This document shows positions 1 through 6,316 of a stretch of 64,000 nucleotides of DNA, piece after piece. This DNA is from Candidatus Saccharicenans sp. (GTDB lineage Bacteria; Acidobacteriota; Aminicenantia; Aminicenantales; Saccharicenantaceae). The stretch spans positions 29,477 through 93,476 of the forward strand of contig JAGOPD010000004.1 in the NCBI GenBank assembly GCA_017992175.1, read 5' to 3'. Numbering within the stretch: the stretch's first letter is position 1; each line of letters starts with the position of its first letter. Position numbers and translations under genes: made by a program. The notes beneath the pieces are model-generated. The model did not search any database and was not told the DNA's origin. It was given only the letters and a program-made list of their open reading frames with translations.

Positions 1-1
1 T

Positions 2-235
2 AAACACGGTTTGCTATTTGAAAAACTTGATGAAAAAGGTTGGCCGCTTGACCTGAGGGTCGGACGTCACCTGTCATCTATTATTGTCATTTTAAAGACC
101 TGGTCAGAACTTCGTCCTGACCGGCTGATTGAGGCTGAGGAAATTCCCCATTATTCAGAGATTGTCCAGAAGACCACGGGTTTTTATCTCAAAGATCCGG
201 CCCGGGCAGAAGCTGACCGTCTCTTTTTTGAGTAG
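2..235 (+). CDS. 3' end of a CDS that starts left of the window; function unknown
   Basis: The frame is open from base 2 to TAG at 233-235 (the track lists only 11..235). Its tail overlaps the convergent gene 189..1304. No family is recognisable from the visible ~77 aa. Confidence 0.35.
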   Translation, partial: KHGLLFEKLDEKGWPLDLRVGRHLSSIIVILKTWSELRPDRLIEAEEIPHYSEIVQKTTGFYLKDPARAEADRLFFE

Positions 236-1304
236 GACGGTTAAAAATAACAATGGCTGCACAGGCCAGGATATAAACAGCCAGGAGCAGCCAGAGCTTC
301 CTTTTATAAGAATCTTCCTGCTGAAGTTTTAAATCCTTATCAACTTGAGGTAAGGGCTGCGGATCCCAGGGCAAATTGTAACGCTCAACCAGCCCCCTGA
401 TGTTGAGGAGATGAATTACCGGAATTCCTTCGCTGGCCAGGCGCTGGATCAGCCCACAGCGGTTTTCAGGCGGTATCTTTTTGACCTGAGTCAGTCCGGG
501 GCGAAGCTCCAGAACAGAGGAATCGCGTCCTAAATTGACCAGACTGCCGCCGATATTGATAAAGGCCCCGACAGGCCTGGCACCGGCTGCTTCCTTAAAC
601 AGGCGAACATGGGTTTCTACCATGGATTTAAGCCCGTCAGGTTCAAGAAACTCTAATCCCAGGGCTTGAGCTTCTTGCCTCAGTCTGGATTTTAGATCCT
701 CAGGATACTCCCGGCCGGAATCATCTTCTCCTCCCCAGGTGACAGCCAGGAGGCGGTGCTGGTTAAAGCCAGCCTGACGCAGGCACTTTTCAATCGACAG
801 CCAGGTAAAATCAGGTTGATTGGCTCCCCATTGAGAAGCACCGAGCGAAACAATAACCAGTAGTTTAACCTCCATGGCCCGGGCGGCACAGTAGGCTGCC
901 ACCGCCAGCGCTGGAAAAGAGCCAGAAGCCCCGGCCGCCACCACCTGACCCTTCTTAACTCCGGCCTGGTGAAGGAGGCGGACCAGCAGAGCCGCCATAG
1001 CCGGGTTGGTGGTGGTCCGCTTGGCTTCCAGCTGACCAAGGGTCGTGGTCAGAGGACTCGACTCCAGGCCAATTAACCCGGTCTTCATCGGATCGAACGG
1101 ATTTTTCCCGGGCATCAGGCCAAGTTTTTCCTGACAATTATATATTTCCTTTTCTGCCTCAACCATTAGCCGGGCGGCCTCAGCTTCATCCGGAGCCAGT
1201 TCCTTTCCGGCAGGTTCAAGCCAGAAATAAAAGAGGAGATAAAAAGCCAGGCTGACCGCCGCTAAATAAAAAATAGTTTTATAGCTGACTTTCGCAGTTG
1301 TCAT
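189..1304 (-). CDS. poly-gamma-glutamate system protein (third gene of PgsA-less PGA clusters); N-terminal membrane anchor
   Basis: It lies immediately downstream of pgsB-pgsC with a 3 nt gap. It has an N-terminal TM helix (IFYLAAVSLAFYLLFYFWL) and is 371 aa long. The call rests on context and my recollection of a family of this name, not on a search. Confidence 0.55.
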   Translation of the reverse strand: MTTAKVSYKTIFYLAAVSLAFYLLFYFWLEPAGKELAPDEAEAARLMVEAEKEIYNCQEKLGLMPGKNPFDPMKTGLIGLESSPLTTTLGQLEAKRTTTNPAMAALLVRLLHQAGVKKGQVVAAGASGSFPALAVAAYCAARAMEVKLLVIVSLGASQWGANQPDFTWLSIEKCLRQAGFNQHRLLAVTWGGEDDSGREYPEDLKSRLRQEAQALGLEFLEPDGLKSMVETHVRLFKEAAGARPVGAFINIGGSLVNLGRDSSVLELRPGLTQVKKIPPENRCGLIQRLASEGIPVIHLLNIRGLVERYNLPWDPQPLPQVDKDLKLQQEDSYKRKLWLLLAVYILACAAIVIFNRPTQKRDGQLLPGPDL

Positions 1305-1307
1305 CTT

Positions 1308-1757
1308 TTAGAAAAATAGCTGACTGAGAAAAAAAGTTAAAACTGAAACAAAAATAAGTGAGGCCAGTGAGGGCAGAATCTTTTGCCGCTCGAAACTGGA
1401 AGCCAGAAGGCCAGGGACTACCCAGCCAATTACTCTGAGACCAACTGGTTCAGCCAGAAGATGAGGCAGAGCTAAGCTCCAGGCTTGTCCCAGACAGGCT
1501 CCGGTTAGAATCAGCAGAACAAATCTCCGGCGGCCAAAAATGATGAAATAACGTGATAGAAACCGGCCAATAAGCAAGGTCAGAAAGGCCACCGCCACAG
1601 TACTGAGGGGGCGCCAGGGCTGGTTAAGATACAAAGCAAAATAGCCGGGCACAATCAGGCCGCCGGGAGAAAGGCCGGTAATCTCGGCATAGAGGAGAGC
1701 CAGGAGCAGCCCGAGGAAGAAAGAGCTATAACTTGATGGCATCGGCCTTCCTTTCAA
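1308..1757 (-). CDS. pgsC: poly-gamma-glutamate biosynthesis membrane protein PgsC/CapC
   Basis: 149 aa and very hydrophobic. Motifs align to B. subtilis PgsC: GLIVPGYFALYLNQP, FGRRRF, VVPGLLAS. It overlaps the pgsB stop; the true start may be Met6 at 1742. Confidence 0.8.
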   Translation of the reverse strand: MKGRPMPSSYSSFFLGLLLALLYAEITGLSPGGLIVPGYFALYLNQPWRPLSTVAVAFLTLLIGRFLSRYFIIFGRRRFVLLILTGACLGQAWSLALPHLLAEPVGLRVIGWVVPGLLASSFERQKILPSLASLIFVSVLTFFLSQLFF

Positions 1758-2994
1758 GATAATCTATCATTTCCTGTCCAAAACCAACAATATTGCCCAG
1801 GCCAAAAACTACCGGCTCGGATTGAGTCTGTAAGTCATGATCTGAGGAAATAGAAGAAAAATATGTTAAAATGTCCCGCAGAACAGTTTCCGGCCTGGAG
1901 CCTCTGACAGCATAAACTGATTGGCTCAGGGATGGCTTTAATTTTTTCAAGAGAAGCCGGCGGGCCGGCGCCCCTCCAGGTCCCTGAAGGGCTAAGCCCG
2001 AAAACTTTAACTGTCGCCCGCTCTCCGGATCAGTCAAAAGACCTTTTTGCCATTCCTTAGCCAGAAAATCAACCCATTGCCTGGTGCGGTCTCCACGATC
2101 AGCTCTGAAAGATAACAGGCCATAGACGGCCCTCCCAGCCCAGCCAGTTCTGTCCAGAATTTTGAACATGGCCTCGAGCGAAGACTGCGGATCGTTGGCT
2201 GCAAACAGACTGACAAAATAGAGCTTTTTCTCCAGGCCATCAAAACTTTTTACCCACACCCGGGGACAGCCAGCATCAGGATTAACTCGAGCTAATCCCT
2301 GTCTAATCGTCTCATCACTCAAGCCACAGGCCCGAAGGATATTAACCGCCAGCCTGATATTGGGTTCAAACTCAGGATAAGACAGCTGGCTGGCCAATAA
2401 TTCACTGGCCGAATCTTTTTTGACTGCGATGACCGGAGCCTTTTTCTTCCTGGCTTCAGCCGGCAGCGGTGGAAAAAGCTCTTCCTCAGGAATATAAACA
2501 GGGGTTTGAGGGCGAAAGGCTGAGGTCAAAGCCCGGGCAATTTCTTCTTTGGTCTCACCCAGGGCCTCAAGATGATCAAGCCGGATATTGCTGACCACCA
2601 GTAAGTCCGGCTGCAGAAGATAGTTTGTTTCGGCCCGCAGGCATTCGGGCTGGATACTCATCATTTCCGACACTAAATAATCCGCTTTTTGCCCGGCAGC
2701 CATTCTAACCAGCTTTTTCTGCTCAAGGATGGTCGGCTTCCCTCTTCTCTTTATTTCTTCTTCCTGCCCGTCAGGATAAATAACGGCCGGCCTTGAACCG
2801 GTCGTCTTGGCCATCACCCGGTAACCGGCCTGCCTCAAGCCGGCAGCGATCAATCTGGTGATACTTGACTTGCCCCTGATACCGGTCACAGCCAGCCGGT
2901 GGGGAATTTTTTTAACCAGGCGGCGGTGACTCAGAGCTTCGAACCCTAAGTAAAGAAGAAGGACCAGAAAAGACAGAAGCAAAATCTTGTTCAT
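1726..2994 (-). CDS. pgsB: poly-gamma-glutamate synthase PgsB/CapB (Mur-ligase-like amide ligase)
   Basis: N-terminal TM helix followed by the P-loop-like GIRGKSSITRLIAAGL. FAANDPQS and RADRGDRT match B. subtilis PgsB (GFAANDASS, RADRVDRT). 422 aa. Confidence 0.85.
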   Translation of the reverse strand: MNKILLLSFLVLLLYLGFEALSHRRLVKKIPHRLAVTGIRGKSSITRLIAAGLRQAGYRVMAKTTGSRPAVIYPDGQEEEIKRRGKPTILEQKKLVRMAAGQKADYLVSEMMSIQPECLRAETNYLLQPDLLVVSNIRLDHLEALGETKEEIARALTSAFRPQTPVYIPEEELFPPLPAEARKKKAPVIAVKKDSASELLASQLSYPEFEPNIRLAVNILRACGLSDETIRQGLARVNPDAGCPRVWVKSFDGLEKKLYFVSLFAANDPQSSLEAMFKILDRTGWAGRAVYGLLSFRADRGDRTRQWVDFLAKEWQKGLLTDPESGRQLKFSGLALQGPGGAPARRLLLKKLKPSLSQSVYAVRGSRPETVLRDILTYFSSISSDHDLQTQSEPVVFGLGNIVGFGQEMIDYLERKADAIKL

Positions 2995-3108
2995 CTGAAC
3001 AGCCAGTTAATAGCCACTTTCTGTTTTTGAGTTTATAAAAATAAATAAATAACCGCAACCGGAACAAAGATTTTAAGTCAGGGACCTGGCTACTTTGATT
3101 TCCTTGAT

Positions 3109-3148
3109 GGTAAAGAAGAAAGAGAGGGGTGCTGCTTAGCACCCCTCT
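3109..3148 (-). terminator. intrinsic terminator on the minus strand
   Basis: 10 bp GC-rich stem agaggggtgc (3123-3132) / gcacccctct (3139-3148) with a 6 nt loop. On the minus strand it is followed by CTTTCTTCTTTA. It begins 3 nt after the stop of ORF 3151..3387. Confidence 0.65.
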
Positions 3149-3392
3149 AATTAATTGAAGGAAGGGGGAATGGAAAGAAGGGCAAAGAAGGGCAAAAAGG
3201 AGGCATTTATAAATTTTTGGGTGCGCTCATCGTCTTCAAGATAATAAAAGGAGGGAGAACTCGATTCACTTACTGGCCCAGTTATCCTCAACTTCTCCCT
3301 CCAAGTCCGAATAACACTGTTTATATAAAAAAATGAAGATGTCATTGCTTCTTCTCTAAGAGTTTTTGCTCGACCTTTTTCCTTCATTCTAA
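3119..3392 (-). ncRNA. candidate sigma-54-dependent small transcript (sRNA, or nearly leaderless mRNA for a 78 aa peptide)
   Basis: Bounded by a perfect -24/-12 promoter (3403-3418; predicted TSS ~3392) and the terminator at 3123-3148. It contains a 10 bp stem (3250-3259 / 3293-3302) and a ~48 nt pyrimidine-rich tract (3157-3204). Confidence 0.4.
3151..3387 (-). CDS. hypothetical 78 aa protein (ATG-start version of track ORF 3151..3456); coding status uncertain
   Basis: ATG at 3387 lies only ~5 nt downstream of the predicted sigma-54 TSS and has no SD. The TTG-started N-terminal extension in the track is occupied by the promoter itself. No family recognised. Confidence 0.25.
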   Translation of the reverse strand: MKEKGRAKTLREEAMTSSFFYINSVIRTWREKLRITGPVSESSSPSFYYLEDDERTQKFINASFLPFFALLSIPPSFN

Positions 3393-3402
3393 CTTCTAAT
3401 AC

Positions 3403-3418
3403 AGCAACTTTTGTGCCA
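3403..3418 (-). promoter_or_regulatory. sigma-54 (-24/-12) promoter, perfect consensus
   Basis: The minus strand reads TGGCAC-AAAAG-TTGCT, matching the consensus TGGCAC-N5-TTGCW with GG and GC at the canonical spacing. Confidence 0.7.
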
Positions 3419-3477
3419 GATTGGTCAAGGGGAAAGATAAAAAAATCACCAGTCAAATATAAAAAATATTACAGAGT

Positions 3478-3496
3478 CCGTAAAATAGTTTTACAG
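3478..3496. promoter_or_regulatory. dyad CTGTAAAA-CTA-TTTTACGG; candidate enhancer-binding-protein site (UAS)
   Basis: 8-3-8 inverted repeat with one mismatch, centred ~95 bp upstream of the predicted TSS of the 3403-3418 promoter. An A/T-rich, bend-prone tract lies in between. Confidence 0.45.
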
Positions 3497-3521
3497 CCAG
3501 CCGTTGGTTCCCAGGAAATGC

Positions 3522-4388
3522 CTATAGTTCCAGTCCTGGACAGAAACTTTTTGACCGGGCTAAAATCAGGCTCCCCTGTTTAACTTTGAGATGCCTGGAA
3601 ATAACCTCGCACTTAGCCTTAAGCAAAAAGTAAAACGGGCCACGGGCCTGTTCCAGGCATTCATAATTTCCCTGCCCCTTGCTGATGATGAGACCGGCTT
3701 CTTTCAAAATCCCGGTAAACTCTTCAGAGCATTGTTTTATGACCATTCCGGGGGCCTGGCAGCCGGAAGACACCACCTTAGCCACTTCCTCCAGGCCGGA
3801 CAGCCGGGCTTCTTCCAGGCTGGCATCATTGATAATAGGCCCTTCTCTGACGGCATAGATTACCTTCCGGCCGAGCTGCTCAATTAATAAGCGGTCAAAA
3901 ACGGTTTCTCCGGCATTATCACCCAGAAAAACTATTGTTCCAGCTTTTTTAAGATCAGACCTGAAAAGTTCATAATCATCGAGAGCCAGTTCTTCTGTTT
4001 CGAACAGGCTTTCAGACTGAGGCCAGCTACTGGCTGCCCCGGCTCCCAGGTCAATGATATTTCCAGCTAAGGAAAACATGATGGCCTTTCTCAACCTGTC
4101 GGGCGCCTGTAAGACTCTTTTTTTGAGCTCCGGGTATAGAGCCAGAGCCTGTTTTATATCCTGTCTCTTAATCTCAAAATAAGGATCCTTAACTCCGGTT
4201 AACTCCGCCAGCCATTTATAAAGATCGGCTGAGATTTCTGGCGGGGTCCGGCCAAAGTCGGTCTCAGCCAGAAAACGGCAGGCCTGTCTGGTTATATTAA
4301 GAGCCATCGGCCCTCCGGTTTTTTGAACGGCTAAAACTCTTAAGACCTGAGAAAGATGGCAGAGATAACATTCAGCTTCGGCCAGCAT
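3522..4388 (-). CDS. DUF89 / ARMT1-like damage-control phosphatase family protein
   Basis: N-terminal CYLCHL, GDNAGE and KGQGNYE motifs typical of DUF89. 288 aa. Confidence 0.75.
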   Translation of the reverse strand: MLAEAECYLCHLSQVLRVLAVQKTGGPMALNITRQACRFLAETDFGRTPPEISADLYKWLAELTGVKDPYFEIKRQDIKQALALYPELKKRVLQAPDRLRKAIMFSLAGNIIDLGAGAASSWPQSESLFETEELALDDYELFRSDLKKAGTIVFLGDNAGETVFDRLLIEQLGRKVIYAVREGPIINDASLEEARLSGLEEVAKVVSSGCQAPGMVIKQCSEEFTGILKEAGLIISKGQGNYECLEQARGPFYFLLKAKCEVISRHLKVKQGSLILARSKSFCPGLEL

Positions 4389-4460
4389 GGTCAGAGTTTA
4401 GCATTTTTAAGATTGACCTTTAAGCCCGAAAAACAGGAAATATAGATTGTGTCCCCTGTT

Positions 4461-4820
4461 TTAAGCCAGAAGAAGGTCAATGGTACCAGTCAGGGCTTTA
4501 AGGTCGAGAGGCTTGGTAAAAAGGTGATCAATTTTTAAATTTTGAATTTCGTCCGGTTTTATCTGATCAGGGAAAGCCGAGATCAGAACCACTTTTCCCT
4601 GATAACCGGCCTGCCGGAAATTTTGAATCATTTGCAGGCCATTTTCGCGGGGCAAACGGAAATCAGCAATAATCAGATCTATATCTGCCTTTTGAAACCT
4701 GGCTAAGGCTTCAGCCGCATCCCCGGCTAAATAGACGTTATACTTGGTAACCAGCAGCAAAAAGAATGTCTTGCGGATGCATTCATCATCATCAACCACG
4801 ACAATTCTCTTTTTCGGCAT
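4461..4820 (-). CDS. single-domain response regulator (receiver only)
   Basis: Receiver fold motifs: RIVVVDDDE, DLIIADFRLP, a T/S position, and K in FTKPLD. Start re-assigned to Met12 (ATG 4820), which has SD AAGGAG 5 nt upstream. The track start at 4853 lies inside a sigma-54 promoter. Confidence 0.85.
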   Translation of the reverse strand: MPKKRIVVVDDDECIRKTFFLLLVTKYNVYLAGDAAEALARFQKADIDLIIADFRLPRENGLQMIQNFRQAGYQGKVVLISAFPDQIKPDEIQNLKIDHLFTKPLDLKALTGTIDLLLA

Positions 4821-4841
4821 AAAAACTCCTTTGAAAGTTAC

Positions 4842-4857
4842 AGCAGATTTCATGCCA
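4842..4857 (-). promoter_or_regulatory. sigma-54 (-24/-12) promoter for the receiver gene
   Basis: The minus strand reads TGGCAT-GAAAT-CTGCT with correct GG-N10-GC spacing. The predicted TSS is ~4831, giving a leader of about AAGGAGUUUUU before the ATG. Confidence 0.6.
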
Positions 4858-4926
4858 GAAACGACCCCTTAGCTGACAGGGGAAAGATTTAAGAAATCAG
4901 AGAATCAATTATAAAACTATGAGCAG

Positions 4927-4945
4927 CCGTCAATTTATTTTACAA
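4927..4945. promoter_or_regulatory. dyad TTGTAAAA-TAA-ATTGACGG; candidate UAS related to the 3478-3496 site
   Basis: Same 8-3-8 architecture and GTAAAA core as 3478-3496. It is centred ~105 bp upstream of the predicted TSS, one helical turn further than the other site. Confidence 0.4.
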
Positions 4946-4951
4946 GAAAAT

Positions 4952-6316
4952 TCAATCGGAGGTGTCAATTTTTAAATCATAATCCTTTATTTTCTTATCG
5001 AGGGTTGGCCTGGAAATATCAAGAATCTGGCTGGCCCGGCTTTTACTGCCTTTGGTTGCTTCCAGCACATACTGGATATATCTCTTTTCTATCTCCCACA
5101 AGGGAACTAATTCCTTGCTAAGGAGCGTCTGCCCTTCAGGCGAGGCCGGCGGAGTTGTTTCCAGGGGAAGATACTCTTTTAAGACTATATCCCCTTTGGC
5201 CAGAATGACAGCCCTGATCAGGGCATTTTCCAGCTCCCGGACATTGCCTTTCCAGGGCTGATTCACCAGAAAATCCATTACTTCCGGCGGCACTTTCCGG
5301 ACATTTTTCTTTAAATCCCGGTTAATCTTTTCTAAAAGATAGGCTACCAGATCAGGTATATCTTCCCGTCTTTCTCTGAGAGGTGGCAAATTAATTTCCA
5401 CCACTCTTAGCCGGTAATAAAGATCTTCCCTGAATTTGCCCTGGGTCACCAGGTCCTTGAGATTCTGATTGGTCGCAGCGATAATCCGGGCTTCCGTCTT
5501 CAGGACCTTTTCGCCGCCAACCTTCATAAAATCCCTGTTTTCAATTACCCGGAGAAGTTTTGATTGCAAACCGGAAGAGATATCGCCTATTTCATCCAGA
5601 AATAACGTCCCTTTGCCGGCTATTTCAAATTTGCCCCTGGTCTCGTTCACCGCATCGGTAAAAGCTCCCCGGACATGGCCAAAAAGTTCAGATTCAAGCA
5701 AAGTGTCGGAGATAGCCGAACAATTGATGACAATAAAAGGTTCATCCCGGAAAGGGCCATTGTAGTGAATAGCTTTGGCTACCAGCTCCTTGCCGGTGCC
5801 GCTTTCGCCCTGAATCAGAATATTGGTTCTGGTGTTGGCCACCAGGCCGATTAGCTTGAAGACTTCTCTCATCTGGGGTGAACGGCCGATAATATTATCA
5901 ATTTGATATTCTTTTTGCTTTTCCTCCAGAAGATAGCTGACTTTCTCTTCCAGGGCTTTCATCTGCAGGGCTTTATCAATGGTCAGATCGATCTCAAGGT
6001 TATCAAGAGGCTTGACCAGATATTCGAAAGCCCCGGCTTTAACCGCTTCAACAGTCGTTCGCATATCATCAAAAGCGGTCATGATAATCACTGCCGCCTC
6101 CTGGTCTTCAGCTTTAATCTTCCTTAAAACATCAAGCCCGTTCATATCCGGCAGTTTGACATCCAGCAGGACCAGATCTGGCTGAAATTCCCGGAAAATG
6201 GACAGGCCTTCTTCCCCGTTTTCGGCTCCTTTAACTTCAAAGCCCCTTTTCTTAAGATGAGAAAGCAGTGTCCGGCTGACTAAACTATCATCTTCTATTA
6301 CCATAATTTTAGTCAT
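4952..6316 (-). CDS. sigma-54-dependent response regulator (NtrC family: REC + AAA+ + Fis-type HTH)
   Basis: REC domain (MVIEDD, DLVLLDVKLPDMNG, KP). AAA+ Walker A GESGTGKE, GAFTDA (GAFTGA-like sigma-54 contact loop), DEIGD Walker B. C-terminal HTH SRASQILDISRPTLDKKIK. Confidence 0.92.
   Translation of the reverse strand: MTKIMVIEDDSLVSRTLLSHLKKRGFEVKGAENGEEGLSIFREFQPDLVLLDVKLPDMNGLDVLRKIKAEDQEAAVIIMTAFDDMRTTVEAVKAGAFEYLVKPLDNLEIDLTIDKALQMKALEEKVSYLLEEKQKEYQIDNIIGRSPQMREVFKLIGLVANTRTNILIQGESGTGKELVAKAIHYNGPFRDEPFIVINCSAISDTLLESELFGHVRGAFTDAVNETRGKFEIAGKGTLFLDEIGDISSGLQSKLLRVIENRDFMKVGGEKVLKTEARIIAATNQNLKDLVTQGKFREDLYYRLRVVEINLPPLRERREDIPDLVAYLLEKINRDLKKNVRKVPPEVMDFLVNQPWKGNVRELENALIRAVILAKGDIVLKEYLPLETTPPASPEGQTLLSKELVPLWEIEKRYIQYVLEATKGSKSRASQILDISRPTLDKKIKDYDLKIDTSD

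Noticed and set aside
692-1039. Numerous 60-150 aa ORFs overlapping annotated genes in other frames or on the opposite strand (e.g. 692..1039, 10898..11344, 30872..31252, 31026..31457, 38370..38666, 42625..42987, 50774..51229, 53009..53419)
   Set aside because: They lie entirely inside longer ORFs that carry clear family motifs. They lack SDs and have the biased, low-complexity composition typical of shadow frames.
3001-3016. Sigma-54-like GG-N10-GC motif TGGCTATTAACTGGCT just upstream of pgsB
   Set aside because: The -12 element lies only 7 nt before ATG 2994, so the predicted TSS (~2990) would fall inside the coding sequence. The -12 region (CTGGC) is also a poor match. Most likely chance.
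3388-3456. TTG-initiated N-terminal extension of track ORF 3151..3456 (101 aa)
   Set aside because: There is no SD upstream of the TTG. In addition, the segment is occupied by a perfect sigma-54 -24/-12 element (3403-3418) whose TSS would fall downstream of this start.
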